From: a virus
Length of the DNA: 64,000 bases
Direction: 5' to 3' (one strand)
Virus record (IMG/VR): IMGVR_UViG_3300025084_000007
Location: 47,932-111,931 of that record
Shown: piece after piece, positions 30,214 through 39,650 of the stretch
How positions within the stretch are numbered: position 1 is the stretch's first letter
How the letters are laid out: each line of letters begins with the position of its first letter
The notes under the pieces: generated by a model
What the model was told of the DNA's origin: nothing
Databases searched by the model: none
Seen by the model: the letters and a program-made list of their open reading frames with translations, nothing else
Position numbers and translations under genes: made by a program

Positions 30214-31305
30214 ATGAACCGCGTCACTACCGAACAACTGATTGACACTCTGACTGAGCAGTATGGTGTTGAAGTTAGTACTGGACAAGTTCGTGATGCA
30301 GCAAATGCTTTAGGTGTATCATATCCTACTGCATGTAAGCGTCTTGACTCGTACAAGTCTGGTCGTGGCAAGTGGAACTTGACTGTTCAAGAGATTGAGC
30401 AAGCATATGAAGCACCCTCTGCAACACCTGCTGACAATTACATTCCTGCAAAAGATGATTCCTATGTCCCTTTTGGTAACTATGCATCTGTTCGCAAAGT
30501 TATCTCCTCTAATAAATTTTATCCTGTCTTTATCACAGGTCTTTCAGGTAATGGTAAGACCCTCTCAGTTGAGCAGGCATGTGCAACAGCAAAGCGAGAG
30601 TTGATTCGTGTCAACATCACAATCGAAACTGATGAAGACGATCTTATTGGTGGTTTTCGTCTTGTCAATGGTGACACTGTTTGGCACAATGGTCCTGTCA
30701 TCGAAGCTTTGGAACGCGGAGCTGTACTTCTTCTAGATGAGATTGACCTAGCATCTAACAAGATCCTGTGTCTGCAATCTGTTCTTGAGGGTAAAGGTGT
30801 ATTCCTCAAAAAAATTGGTAAATACGTAACTCCTAAGGTAGGATTCAATGTTATTGCAACTGCAAATACTAAAGGCAAAGGCAGCGATGACGGTCGCTTT
30901 GTTGGAACCAATATTCTCAATGAGGCATTCCTTGAGCGTTTCCCAATTACCTTCGAGCAAGATTATCCAACTGCATCGGTAGAAGAAAAGATTCTACGAA
31001 ATATGGGTTGTGATACCATCTTTGCAGAGAATCTTGTGAAGTGGGCAGGTGTCATTCGTAAGACTTTCTTTGATGGTGGCGTTGATGAAGTGATTACAAC
31101 TCGCCGTTTGGTGCATATCGCACAAGCGATGGAGATCTTTAGTGACCGTCTTACTGCTGTCAACATGTGTATCAATCGTTTTGATGATGACACTAAGCAA
31201 TCTTTCCTAGATCTCTATACAAAGGTTGACGCTGGAGAAGATTCAGAGTACAATCAAGAGGAAACTCAAGAAGAACTGCCCCAATCAATTTGCCAAGAAT
31301 TCTGA
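30214..31305 (+). CDS. cobS: MoxR/CobS-like AAA+ ATPase
   Basis: GLSGNGKT, LLLDEID, TANTKGKG and NEAFLERF motifs. Confidence 0.88.
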   Translation: MNRVTTEQLIDTLTEQYGVEVSTGQVRDAANALGVSYPTACKRLDSYKSGRGKWNLTVQEIEQAYEAPSATPADNYIPAKDDSYVPFGNYASVRKVISSNKFYPVFITGLSGNGKTLSVEQACATAKRELIRVNITIETDEDDLIGGFRLVNGDTVWHNGPVIEALERGAVLLLDEIDLASNKILCLQSVLEGKGVFLKKIGKYVTPKVGFNVIATANTKGKGSDDGRFVGTNILNEAFLERFPITFEQDYPTASVEEKILRNMGCDTIFAENLVKWAGVIRKTFFDGGVDEVITTRRLVHIAQAMEIFSDRLTAVNMCINRFDDDTKQSFLDLYTKVDAGEDSEYNQEETQEELPQSICQEF

Positions 31306-31311
31306 TTAATT

Positions 31312-31593
31312 ATGAAGTACAATGAAGATGCTCTGCTCGCAGAGTTAAAGGACTATATTTCCAGCACATATGGTCAACACTATTCTGCTGGCAACGATGA
31401 GATTCAAACATTAGATTTGATTGAATCTTGTGGAGACGCTGAGGCATTCTGCCGTAGCAACATCCTTAAGTATGCCTCACGCTATGATCGTAAAGGCACT
31501 GCCCGTCGCGACATTATCAAAATCCTACACTACGGATTACTCCTTCTCCACTTCTCCGATAAAACTAGAATCACCGAATCTTATCCTCAATGA
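31312..31593 (+). CDS. DUF3310-like protein
   Basis: QHYS...IQTLDLI...FCRSNILKYASRY..KG..RRDIIKILHY. Confidence 0.7.
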   Translation: MKYNEDALLAELKDYISSTYGQHYSAGNDEIQTLDLIESCGDAEAFCRSNILKYASRYDRKGTARRDIIKILHYGLLLLHFSDKTRITESYPQ

Positions 31594-32258
31594 CAGTAAT
31601 TTCACGTCCAACAATTGAAGTCCTAAAGAACTTTTGTTCTATCAACAAATCTATTGTAATCAAACCTGGTAACACTCTTTCTACTCTAAGCATCAACAAG
31701 AATATTCTTGCCATTGCAGATGTTCAAGAGCAGTTTGATTCTCAGATTAGTATCTACGACTTGAGTGTATTCCTTGGGGGTCTATCTCTTTTCAATGCAC
31801 CTAAGGTTGATACTTCTCACCCGAACTTTGTCACAGTAAGTGATGAGAGGGGTAAGTCTAAGACTAGATTCTTCTATGCAGACCCTGATATCATTACACA
31901 ACCACCAGAGAAAGAGATTACTCTCCCATCTGTTGACTGTGATTTTGCTCTGAGTGCTGAAGTACTTCAACAACTTCTTAAAGCTGCCTCTGTTTATCAG
32001 TTGCCTGACCTGTGTCTTTTTGGACATGAAGGTGCTGTTCAGATTATGGTAACCGATAAGAAGAATGATACTTCTAACAGTTACTCTGTTGATCTTCCTG
32101 ATGCTGTGATTGGAGATGAAGAGTTCTGCTTCTGTTTCAAAGTGGAGAACTTGAGACTTCTTCCTGGTGCATATCATGTTATGATCAGTAAGCAAAACGT
32201 TGCCGAATTCAGAGGTGACGGTATCAAATACTTTATTGCTCTCGAACCTAACAACTGA
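31590..32258 (+). CDS. gp45: sliding clamp gp45
   Basis: LKNFCSINKSI, IYDLSVFL and YFIALEP motifs. Confidence 0.95.
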   Translation: MTVISRPTIEVLKNFCSINKSIVIKPGNTLSTLSINKNILAIADVQEQFDSQISIYDLSVFLGGLSLFNAPKVDTSHPNFVTVSDERGKSKTRFFYADPDIITQPPEKEITLPSVDCDFALSAEVLQQLLKAASVYQLPDLCLFGHEGAVQIMVTDKKNDTSNSYSVDLPDAVIGDEEFCFCFKVENLRLLPGAYHVMISKQNVAEFRGDGIKYFIALEPNN

Positions 32259-33199
32259 TGAATGATTTTTTATGGGTAGAGAAGTATCGTCCTCAGACTG
32301 TTGAGGAATGTATTCTTCCTGCTAGTGTGAAAGAAACCTTCCAGAGTTTCGTTAATCAAGGAGAGATTCCTAATCTTCTCCTTTCTGGTACTGCTGGCGT
32401 TGGTAAAACTACCATCGCTAAAGCACTCTGCAGGGAACTGGGTGCAGATTACTATGTTATCAATGGATCAGATGAAGGTAGGTTCCTGGATACTGTACGC
32501 AATCAGGCAAAATCCTTTGCTTCTACTGTGTCTCTCACTGCTTCTGCTAAGCACAAAGTTCTTATCATTGATGAGGCAGATAACACAACCCCAGACGTCC
32601 AACTTCTCCTTCGTGCAAGTATCGAAGAGTTCCAAAAAAACTGTAGGTTCATATTCACTTGTAACTTCAAGAATAAGATTATCGAACCTCTACATAGTAG
32701 GACGACGGTCGTAGAGTTCAATGTCAGAGGACAGACAAAGCAAGAACTTGCTGGTGCGTTTTTTACAAGGTGTCAAGATATCCTCAGGAGCGAGGAGGTC
32801 ACCTTCACTCCTAGAGTTTTGGCAGAAGTCGTACAAAAATACTTCCCAGACTTCAGGAGAACCCTCAACGAACTGCAGCGATATGCAAGCACGGGGGTTA
32901 TCGACACTGGTATTCTGGCGGCGTTAGGTGATGCTAATGTTGATACTCTTGTAACAGCATTGAAAGAGAAGAAGTTCAATGATGTCAAGAAGTGGGTGAC
33001 ACAAAATCTTGATGCAGACCCAACGTCTATCATGCGTAAATTGTATGATAATCTATCCAGTGTTATGGGTGGTCCTAGTATTGCAGCAGCAGTTCTAATC
33101 ATTGCTGAATACCAATACAAGTCTGCTTTCGTTGTAGACCAAGAGATCAATCTACTTGCATGTTTAACTCAAATCATGGTGGAGTGTGAATTCAAATGA
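32258..33199 (+). CDS. gp44: clamp loader large subunit gp44
   Basis: LWVEKYRP, GTAGVGKTT, DEAD and PLHSR motifs. Confidence 0.97.
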   Translation: MNDFLWVEKYRPQTVEECILPASVKETFQSFVNQGEIPNLLLSGTAGVGKTTIAKALCRELGADYYVINGSDEGRFLDTVRNQAKSFASTVSLTASAKHKVLIIDEADNTTPDVQLLLRASIEEFQKNCRFIFTCNFKNKIIEPLHSRTTVVEFNVRGQTKQELAGAFFTRCQDILRSEEVTFTPRVLAEVVQKYFPDFRRTLNELQRYASTGVIDTGILAALGDANVDTLVTALKEKKFNDVKKWVTQNLDADPTSIMRKLYDNLSSVMGGPSIAAAVLIIAEYQYKSAFVVDQEINLLACLTQIMVECEFK

Positions 33200-33474
33200 A
33201 GTTTAAAGCACTGGTATTCGTTCGTCTGAGATCACAGGTTGATGACTCTCCTGGTAACGCTGTGAGAGATGCCTGTAAGCGATTGTCTGACCTAGATATC
33301 AAGAAACTGAGACTTGGTAAGGTAATCGATGTTTGGTTGGAATCAGAGAGCAGAGAGTACGCTGAGAAGGAACTTGAAATGTTATCTGATAGATTCCTTG
33401 CCAACACAGTCATGGAAGACTGGGACTATGAACTAATTGAAATTGAAAACTTTCCTAAAGGTATTGAAGCATGA
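33196..33474 (+). CDS. purS: phosphoribosylformylglycinamidine synthase subunit PurS
   Basis: VRLRSQVDDSPGNAV...LRLGKVI...FLANTVMEDW. Confidence 0.85.
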   Translation: MKFKALVFVRLRSQVDDSPGNAVRDACKRLSDLDIKKLRLGKVIDVWLESESREYAEKELEMLSDRFLANTVMEDWDYELIEIENFPKGIEA

Positions 33475-33764
33475 TGGACGTTAAATTGATTCGGATGATC
33501 ACTGGAGAAGAGATCGTTGCCGAAGTTGTAGATTTTGTGAATGGCATTCTTACAATCAAGAATGCTCTTGTAGTTGTTCCACAACAGGGACAAATTGGAT
33601 TTGCTCCTTGGGCAACAGTGATTAGTTTAGACCATCCTGATATTGCTCTTGATATTAAGCATGTTATCTATTCTGTTGAAGTACAACCTGAAGTTGTACA
33701 GCAGTATGCTAAAATCTTTGGTGGTCCTGATATCATCACTCCAAATAAGCAACTGATTCTATGA
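33471..33764 (+). CDS. hypothetical protein (Sm-like fold candidate)
   Basis: VKLIRMITGEEIVAE...GFAPW. Confidence 0.7.
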   Translation: MMDVKLIRMITGEEIVAEVVDFVNGILTIKNALVVVPQQGQIGFAPWATVISLDHPDIALDIKHVIYSVEVQPEVVQQYAKIFGGPDIITPNKQLIL

Positions 33765-34588
33765 CATCGTTAAAGACTCCTCTTCGTTATCCTGGTGGCA
33801 AGTCTCGTGCCACCAAAAAGATGGCAGAGTTCTTTCCACTATTCAAAGACTACACCGAGTTTCGTGAACCCTTTGTTGGTGGAGGTTCTGTTGCTCTTTA
33901 TATCACTCAGATGTATCCTCACCTGGATATCTGGGTGAATGATTTGTATGAACCATTATATAATTTCTGGAAAGAACTTCAGTATGATGGAAGCAGACTT
34001 CGTAATGAGTTGGTTAAATTAAAGAACGCTCATCCAGAACCAGTATCAGCAAAACAATTATTTCTAGACGCTAAGGAGAAACTAAACAATGATTCAACAT
34101 CCAACCTATCTGCTGCTGTTAGTTTTTATATTGTTAATAAGTGCTCTTTCTCTGGTCTCACTGAGTCCAGTTCCTTCAGCAAACAGGCGTCAGACTCTAA
34201 CTTTAGTATGCGAGGAATTGACAAACTCCCTTACTACTCAGAACTCATCCAAGACTGGAAGATCACTAATCTGTCATACGAAAAACTTCTAACTGACAAG
34301 AAGGAATCATTCGTATACTTAGATCCTCCTTATGAGATCAAGTCCAATCTCTATGGTAAGAAGGGTGGAATGCATAAGGGGTTTGATCACGATGAGTTTT
34401 TCTTTGCATGTGATAGATATGCTTGTGATCAGATGGTATCATACAACTCTTCAAATCTAATTAAATCTAGATTCATTGATTGGAGACCATATGAGTATGA
34501 TCATACTTACACCATGCGTTCAGTTGGTGAGTATATGAAAGATCAGCAACAACGTAAAGAACTTCTTCTACTTAATTATGTCATATGA
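33761..34588 (+). CDS. dam: DNA adenine methyltransferase
   Basis: LRYPGGKSR, EPFVGGGSV and YLDPPY motifs. Confidence 0.93.
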   Translation: MTSLKTPLRYPGGKSRATKKMAEFFPLFKDYTEFREPFVGGGSVALYITQMYPHLDIWVNDLYEPLYNFWKELQYDGSRLRNELVKLKNAHPEPVSAKQLFLDAKEKLNNDSTSNLSAAVSFYIVNKCSFSGLTESSSFSKQASDSNFSMRGIDKLPYYSELIQDWKITNLSYEKLLTDKKESFVYLDPPYEIKSNLYGKKGGMHKGFDHDEFFFACDRYACDQMVSYNSSNLIKSRFIDWRPYEYDHTYTMRSVGEYMKDQQQRKELLLLNYVI

Positions 34589-34982
34589 TGAAAGGTATCC
34601 TCTAAAGGATTATCTAAACAGCATTAATCTTTCCAAAGAGAATCTTATGGAAGGTGAAGACCCTGGTTGGGAAAAAAACTATCCTCCATTCATCATCAAC
34701 AAATGTATTTCTCATCACATGGATACTGTGATGATGGCAAATGAGATGAATCAGTATCAAAATTTAGATAAAAAGTTACAGTATGATTTCTTTATAAATA
34801 CGGTGAGGACCCGTAAGAGATTTTCTCCATGGGGCAAGAAGGAAAAGGTGAAGGATATTGAACTTGTTAAAGAGTTCTATGGTTATTCGACCGAGAAGGC
34901 TGAACAAGCTCTCAGGATTCTATCTCCTACCCAACTTGATGTTATTAGATCTAAATTGAATAAAGGGGGTAAGAAACGATGA
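34578..34982 (+). CDS. gp62: clamp loader small subunit gp62
   Basis: YPPFIINKC, MANEMN, QYDFF and YGYSTEKA motifs. Confidence 0.92.
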   Translation: MSYDERYPLKDYLNSINLSKENLMEGEDPGWEKNYPPFIINKCISHHMDTVMMANEMNQYQNLDKKLQYDFFINTVRTRKRFSPWGKKEKVKDIELVKEFYGYSTEKAEQALRILSPTQLDVIRSKLNKGGKKR

Positions 34983-35404
34983 ATGAGATTAAAGAGGTTC
35001 AGTGGACCAAAAATGATATGGTCGAAGTGAATCTTAAGGAACCAGATGATTTCCTTAAGGTTCGTGAAACCCTTACTCGTATTGGTGTTGCTTCTAGAAA
35101 AGAAAAGAAACTATATCAATCTTGTCACATTCTTCATAAGAAGGGTCAGTACTACATTGTTCATTTCAAAGAGTTGTTTGCACTCGATGGCAAAAAAGCA
35201 AACTTCTCCGAGAATGATCTACAGAGACGTAACCGAATTATTAAACTACTCTCCGATTGGGGACTTGTAGAAATAGTGAAGCAAGATTCTGTAACTGATG
35301 CAGCACCCTTAAGTCAGATTAAAGTTATTGCCTATAAAGAAAAGGCAGAATGGACGCTAGAGTCTAAGTATAATATTGGAAAGAAACGACAGACGAATGA
35401 GTGA
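34979..35404 (+). CDS. regA: translational repressor RegA
   Basis: DDFLKVRETLTRIGVAS and YYIVHFKELFALDG motifs. Confidence 0.97.
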   Translation: MNEIKEVQWTKNDMVEVNLKEPDDFLKVRETLTRIGVASRKEKKLYQSCHILHKKGQYYIVHFKELFALDGKKANFSENDLQRRNRIIKLLSDWGLVEIVKQDSVTDAAPLSQIKVIAYKEKAEWTLESKYNIGKKRQTNE

Positions 35405-36035
35405 GTTTAATTATCATGTGAAGCAGTTTCAATCTCCAGGATATTTGTTGATTGAAGTTCCTTCTGTTGTGAGGAAAGAGTTAGAAGAAACTATCGAAGT
35501 CTTACATAAAACATCTGAGTCTGATGCTCGCAATACTTTGCGAGGTCATCTTGCTCAAGAGTGGCATCTTCCAATTGGTGAGGAGATACAACTCTTTACT
35601 AAAAATTTGTCAAGTCTTTATCTACAGCATTTTGGAATGCAACCCAGTATGGGTGTTGCAGAAACTATGCGTGATATGTCTAAAGTTGATTTTGATTTAG
35701 AAAAACTCTGGATTAATTATCAAAAGAAGTATGACTTCAACCCTCTGCATATTCATTCAGGGGTTTTTTCTTTTGTTATATGGGTGCAGATTCCCTACGA
35801 TCTAGCAGAAGAAAGAAAGAGATATAACCTGAAGGGTGATGAGACAGCAGCATTTACGTTTCAATACAATAATTCACTGGGTGGATTAGATACAGAATAT
35901 CTTAATATCGATAAAAGTTTTGAATGGAAGATGGCATTCTTTCCTTCAAGATTAAATCATGCAGTAAACCCATTCTATACTTCGGATGACTATAGAATTT
36001 CGGTATCGGGAAACGTATATTTAAATGATAAATAA
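35397..36035 (+). CDS. 2OG-Fe(II) oxygenase-like protein
   Basis: WINYQKKYDFNPLHIHSG...FFPSRLNHAVNPF...RISVSGN. Confidence 0.85.
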   Translation: MSEFNYHVKQFQSPGYLLIEVPSVVRKELEETIEVLHKTSESDARNTLRGHLAQEWHLPIGEEIQLFTKNLSSLYLQHFGMQPSMGVAETMRDMSKVDFDLEKLWINYQKKYDFNPLHIHSGVFSFVIWVQIPYDLAEERKRYNLKGDETAAFTFQYNNSLGGLDTEYLNIDKSFEWKMAFFPSRLNHAVNPFYTSDDYRISVSGNVYLNDK

Positions 36036-36055
36036 AAGAGCCTCGCTCTTGACTC

Positions 36056-36340
36056 ATGGATACAAATCCAAAGAAAGAGGAAGCCAAAAAGGAAAACAAA
36101 TTTGAGTGGGCGGATGAGGGTGTATCAACTCTCGTCCGAGTTATTATTCTTGGATGGTCAGCAGCAATTCTGACTCTTAATTATGTAACTGTTCCTGGCA
36201 TTCCTCAGAAAAATATTGATCCGACTTTTATCGCCAGCGTCTTTACTGGAACGCTTGCGACATTCGGTGTCGTTGCGTCTAAAAAGAAAGACGAAAAAGA
36301 AGCACCTACATTGGAGAAGAAAGATGCAAAAATTGATTAA
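36056..36340 (+). CDS. two-TM membrane protein
   Basis: LVRVIILGWSAAILTLNY...IDPTFIASVFTGTLATFGV; late promoter ATAAATA upstream. Confidence 0.7.
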   Translation: MDTNPKKEEAKKENKFEWADEGVSTLVRVIILGWSAAILTLNYVTVPGIPQKNIDPTFIASVFTGTLATFGVVASKKKDEKEAPTLEKKDAKID

Positions 36341-36557
36341 TGGTGTCGCGTTGTTATCTGGTCTAGTTTCTTTATCTGTCCTAGGGGGTGGTGCTTATCT
36401 TTATATGCAAAAGGATGCACTCATTGAGAGTGCTACAGCAGCAGCAACAAAGGCAGCAACAGAAGCAGTTACTAGTGCCCTTCCAGGGATGCTAGATGCT
36501 GCAATGCCTGAAGTACCAGAACTGCCTGGTAAAACTGGTCCTGCTCTACCATTCTAA
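36324..36557 (+). CDS. N-anchored membrane protein
   Basis: MQKLINGVALLSGLVSLSVLGGGAYLY... Confidence 0.7.
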   Translation: MQKLINGVALLSGLVSLSVLGGGAYLYMQKDALIESATAAATKAATEAVTSALPGMLDAAMPEVPELPGKTGPALPF

Positions 36558-36559
36558 TC

Positions 36560-37204
36560 ATGGACATATTTAATCCTAATAAAAAAGAGACCGAGCAAGT
36601 TACCGAGCAAGTCCCTGTGCAAGTACCGAGCAAGTCGCCCATTAAGGGTATTGCACTTGCACTAGGAGCATTGGTTGGTATTTCTCATATTGGACTTTTA
36701 GGATATGTGGTCAGGGACAATACTCCTAAAGTGAGAGAAGTCCCTACTATTAATATTCCTAGAGGAGAATATTCATCCTATACTATCAAAGCAGGTAAGG
36801 ATGGATATGAGATTGAGTATCGTGCAAACGATCCTAAAATTCTTGAGTCACAAAGATCATTATCTTCTGATAGCAATAAGAAAGGATTGTTTGGTGGTGG
36901 CACTGAGTCTCGTCGTGAGTGGCGTGTTGATCAGTTCACTATGGACGGCACACGCAACCTAGGAGGTGCTGCATTAGACGGCGAGGGAAAGTCTGCAAAA
37001 GACATAGAGTGTATCGTGGCGGACGCTGGAGCACGGTCTCAAGGTGCAATGGCAGGTAGTGCTATCGCTGCTGGTGTCGCTGTTCCTGCCCTTGCTAGCG
37101 TCCCTTACGTGGGTTGGTTAGCAGGTGGATGGGCATTGCTCCTAGGACAGAAAGCAGGGTCATCTCTTGGATCACAAGTTGGTAGTGTATTTAATGATTG
37201 CTAA
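36560..37204 (+). CDS. membrane protein with glycine-zipper-like C-terminus
   Basis: N-terminal TM segment; C-terminal GAMAGSAIAAG...VPYVGWLAGGW. Confidence 0.7.
   Translation: MDIFNPNKKETEQVTEQVPVQVPSKSPIKGIALALGALVGISHIGLLGYVVRDNTPKVREVPTINIPRGEYSSYTIKAGKDGYEIEYRANDPKILESQRSLSSDSNKKGLFGGGTESRREWRVDQFTMDGTRNLGGAALDGEGKSAKDIECIVADAGARSQGAMAGSAIAAGVAVPALASVPYVGWLAGGWALLLGQKAGSSLGSQVGSVFNDC
36590..36635 (+). repeat. short imperfect tandem repeat (ACCGAGCAAGT x4)
   Basis: Units at 36590, 36602, about 36614 (degenerate) and 36625. Confidence 0.6.
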
Positions 37205-37995
37205 TGGACATACCTATAATTACTGGAGTGAGTATTGATATTAATGATATTGGTGTTAATGATATTCAAACATATCGATATGCACCACCATCAATACCAT
37301 CAGCACCTCCAGTAGTTGTAGACATTGGCACCCCAATTATTAATGTACCTGGATGTGTAGAAGCACACGAGTCTAATAATAAATCTAATACTGTAGGTAT
37401 TGATGATGAAAATGGTTTGGTTACGTATTGCGATTCTGGTTATCCCAGTTTTAATCCTCTGGATTATAAACCTGACCAGATGAATTTTACAGGTCCACCT
37501 AAGGAATTGCCTAAGGTAGACCCTCCCGAAGCACCAGAAATACCAGAAGCACCAGAGGTGGCACCACCTCCTGTTGCTAGTGCTGTTGTAGAATGTCCGA
37601 CAGCATCACAAAATGCAAAAGAACCTGTTGGCACATATGTGCAAGGGTATAGAAAGAAAGTTACTGAATATAAACTGGTCGGTAATGAATGTATTCAGAT
37701 TACAGAAGCAGTAGGTATACCTCAACAAATTATTGCTGGTCTTCCTAGTGGTGGACAAGTAGCATCCGTGGGTGGCATTGCTGTCATCGCTACTACATCA
37801 GCACTATTAGCAAAACCGCTGGCAGACTTACTATTGAAAGTAGTCAAACCAACGGTTAAGAAAGTTATTAAAAAGATTGCTGCTATTAGAGGTAAGTCAG
37901 TTCCTATTCTGTCTCTAAAGGAACGCCGAGATCTTCAGCGCGAGAGGACGAAGGCGATAAGGGTTTTGAAGTCGGCACTGAAACCGAAGGGATAG
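37204..37995 (+). CDS. Pro-rich protein with C-terminal TM anchor
   Basis: PGCVEAH...YCD, PEAPEIPEAP linker, IAVIATTSALLAKP, basic tail. Confidence 0.7.
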   Translation: MDIPIITGVSIDINDIGVNDIQTYRYAPPSIPSAPPVVVDIGTPIINVPGCVEAHESNNKSNTVGIDDENGLVTYCDSGYPSFNPLDYKPDQMNFTGPPKELPKVDPPEAPEIPEAPEVAPPPVASAVVECPTASQNAKEPVGTYVQGYRKKVTEYKLVGNECIQITEAVGIPQQIIAGLPSGGQVASVGGIAVIATTSALLAKPLADLLLKVVKPTVKKVIKKIAAIRGKSVPILSLKERRDLQRERTKAIRVLKSALKPKG

Positions 37996-38767
37996 CATGT
38001 ACATGTGGGGTGATTGCGTTCTTACCCATCACCAAAACATCTGCACATATAGAAGAATATTTTGTTCCAGGTGCGAACATGATACCTGCCTTCATTAATT
38101 CTCCACAATTCTTAAGACGAGCTATCTCAAAGTCTAATCTTTTATTAGCAACTAATTGAGCATTCAATTCAATCTGTGTTGTTGCTGCCTTCTTACAAAG
38201 GTCTTGTAAATTCTTATCTGTAGGTGTACTCCATGTCATAGAGAACCCTAGACCTAGACTATAGTTATCCTTCTGTCCTGTTCTAGTTCTCTTATGGAAG
38301 AGGATGTCACCAGGATTATCAATCAAACCGTCCTCGTTGATATCACTGATATCATACACAGGGTCATCATAGAAAGGTTCATATGGTTTAGAAGCAGATG
38401 CACTTCCTGTTACATATGGTGTGAAATTGCGAGTGGGACCTTGACATTGGATACCTCCACCATAGGTATTTGTAATGTATGGTCCCTGCAAAACCTGAAT
38501 GGCTTGATTGGTAACTGAGCCAGAGCTATTCGCAACGGGGGATGCTGTTGCTGATACACCACCAACAGTTTCAGCATAAGCAGGATTGGCAAATAATAAT
38601 GTTATTGGGAGAAGATACTTGTAGTATCGGTTACGCTTGTTACGTCGGTTTCTCTCTGTATCACCGTATGATTTTGAAGCCCTGGTCCAGAATAAGTTTC
38701 TGTAAACTGGAACGCTGCTCCTGGTGTTGTCTGTGTGAATGTTGGTTTGCCTGTTACTCCAGTCCAT
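37904..38767 (-). CDS. secreted/outer-membrane-like protein; start uncertain
   Basis: Signal-like KYLLPITLLFANPAYA|ETVGGVSATASP, then CQGPT...NYSLGLGFSMTWS...RLKNCGEL. Confidence 0.65.
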   Translation of the reverse strand: MDWSNRQTNIHTDNTRSSVPVYRNLFWTRASKSYGDTERNRRNKRNRYYKYLLPITLLFANPAYAETVGGVSATASPVANSSGSVTNQAIQVLQGPYITNTYGGGIQCQGPTRNFTPYVTGSASASKPYEPFYDDPVYDISDINEDGLIDNPGDILFHKRTRTGQKDNYSLGLGFSMTWSTPTDKNLQDLCKKAATTQIELNAQLVANKRLDFEIARLKNCGELMKAGIMFAPGTKYSSICADVLVMGKNAITPHVHAIPSVSVPTSKPLSPSSSRAEDLGVPLETE

Positions 38768-39039
38768 GATGAAGTCACTCCATTAATAGTTACATTATTA
38801 GATCCCATCCCTGGCGATAAGTTACCAGAAGCGGTTACTCCTGATCCAGTTGCTGAGTATTGATATCCTGTTGCGTAGTCCATCGAGTTGATGGTCTCTG
38901 TTATCTTTTGGGTCGTTTCTGTGTGGCTCGTCATCGATCCCTGAGTGAAATTCGGGACCACGGGGACCGCCAGGGCAGTTGCAGGTATGACACTTGCAAC
39001 CACCGCAGACATCACAGACCAACGAATCATAGTATTCAT
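38602..39039 (-). CDS. secreted beta-rich protein
   Basis: Signal peptide (ATALA|VPVVPNFTQGSMTSHTET); Ser/Thr-rich. Confidence 0.7.
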   Translation of the reverse strand: MNTMIRWSVMSAVVASVIPATALAVPVVPNFTQGSMTSHTETTQKITETINSMDYATGYQYSATGSGVTASGNLSPGMGSNNVTINGVTSSWTGVTGKPTFTQTTPGAAFQFTETYSGPGLQNHTVIQRETDVTSVTDTTSIFSQ

Positions 39040-39050
39040 TATCCATTTCC

Positions 39051-39554
39051 TCAGTCAATAACAGTAATCTCAGAAACGAATTGGCCAGTAGCAGTAGTAC
39101 CTGCTCCTCCACCAGTCACCGTAAGAACACCAGCACTGGTTACAGTACCTGCTAGAGAACCAGCAGAACCAGCAGTGTAAGAAGTTACATTACTGAAGTT
39201 GGGAACATCTCCTACTGTAGGAGCAGAAGTTGGAACTGCATCAGCCTGTGTGTATGACTGACTAAATGAGAAAGCAGAACCTGCAGTATCTTGAGTAGCG
39301 GTGATAGCACCAGGAGAATAGACTCCTGAAGTAATGGTGCCAGCAGATACAGCATGTGCTGTGGTGCCGTCTGTAGTATCTATATTACTACCAGAGATAC
39401 TAAATGAGGAACCAATCCTGGTTGCCTGAGATCTAGCAGCATCAACTGTAAGTTGAACACTTGAAGCATGTTTGGACACTAGTCCACCTGCATTTGCCGC
39501 ACTTGCGGTCACTAATAGCATAACGATAGGTAAAAATTTAGTCATTTTTTCCAT
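39051..39554 (-). CDS. secreted beta-rich protein
   Basis: Signal peptide (MTKFLPIVMLLVTASAANA|GG); Ser/Thr/Gly-rich. Confidence 0.72.
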   Translation of the reverse strand: MEKMTKFLPIVMLLVTASAANAGGLVSKHASSVQLTVDAARSQATRIGSSFSISGSNIDTTDGTTAHAVSAGTITSGVYSPGAITATQDTAGSAFSFSQSYTQADAVPTSAPTVGDVPNFSNVTSYTAGSAGSLAGTVTSAGVLTVTGGGAGTTATGQFVSEITVID

Positions 39555-39650
39555 CGAATTTTGTCCTTATACTATGTAGGTGAGGTATTCCTTACATAGA
39601 GGTACGGAATATCACACATCGTATTAAACTAGAAACTTGTTAAATACTAT

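Noticed and set aside
36590-36635. ACCGAGCAAGT repeats as a mini-CRISPR array
   Set aside because: The units are 11-12 nt, have no spacers and lie within a coding low-complexity N-terminus.
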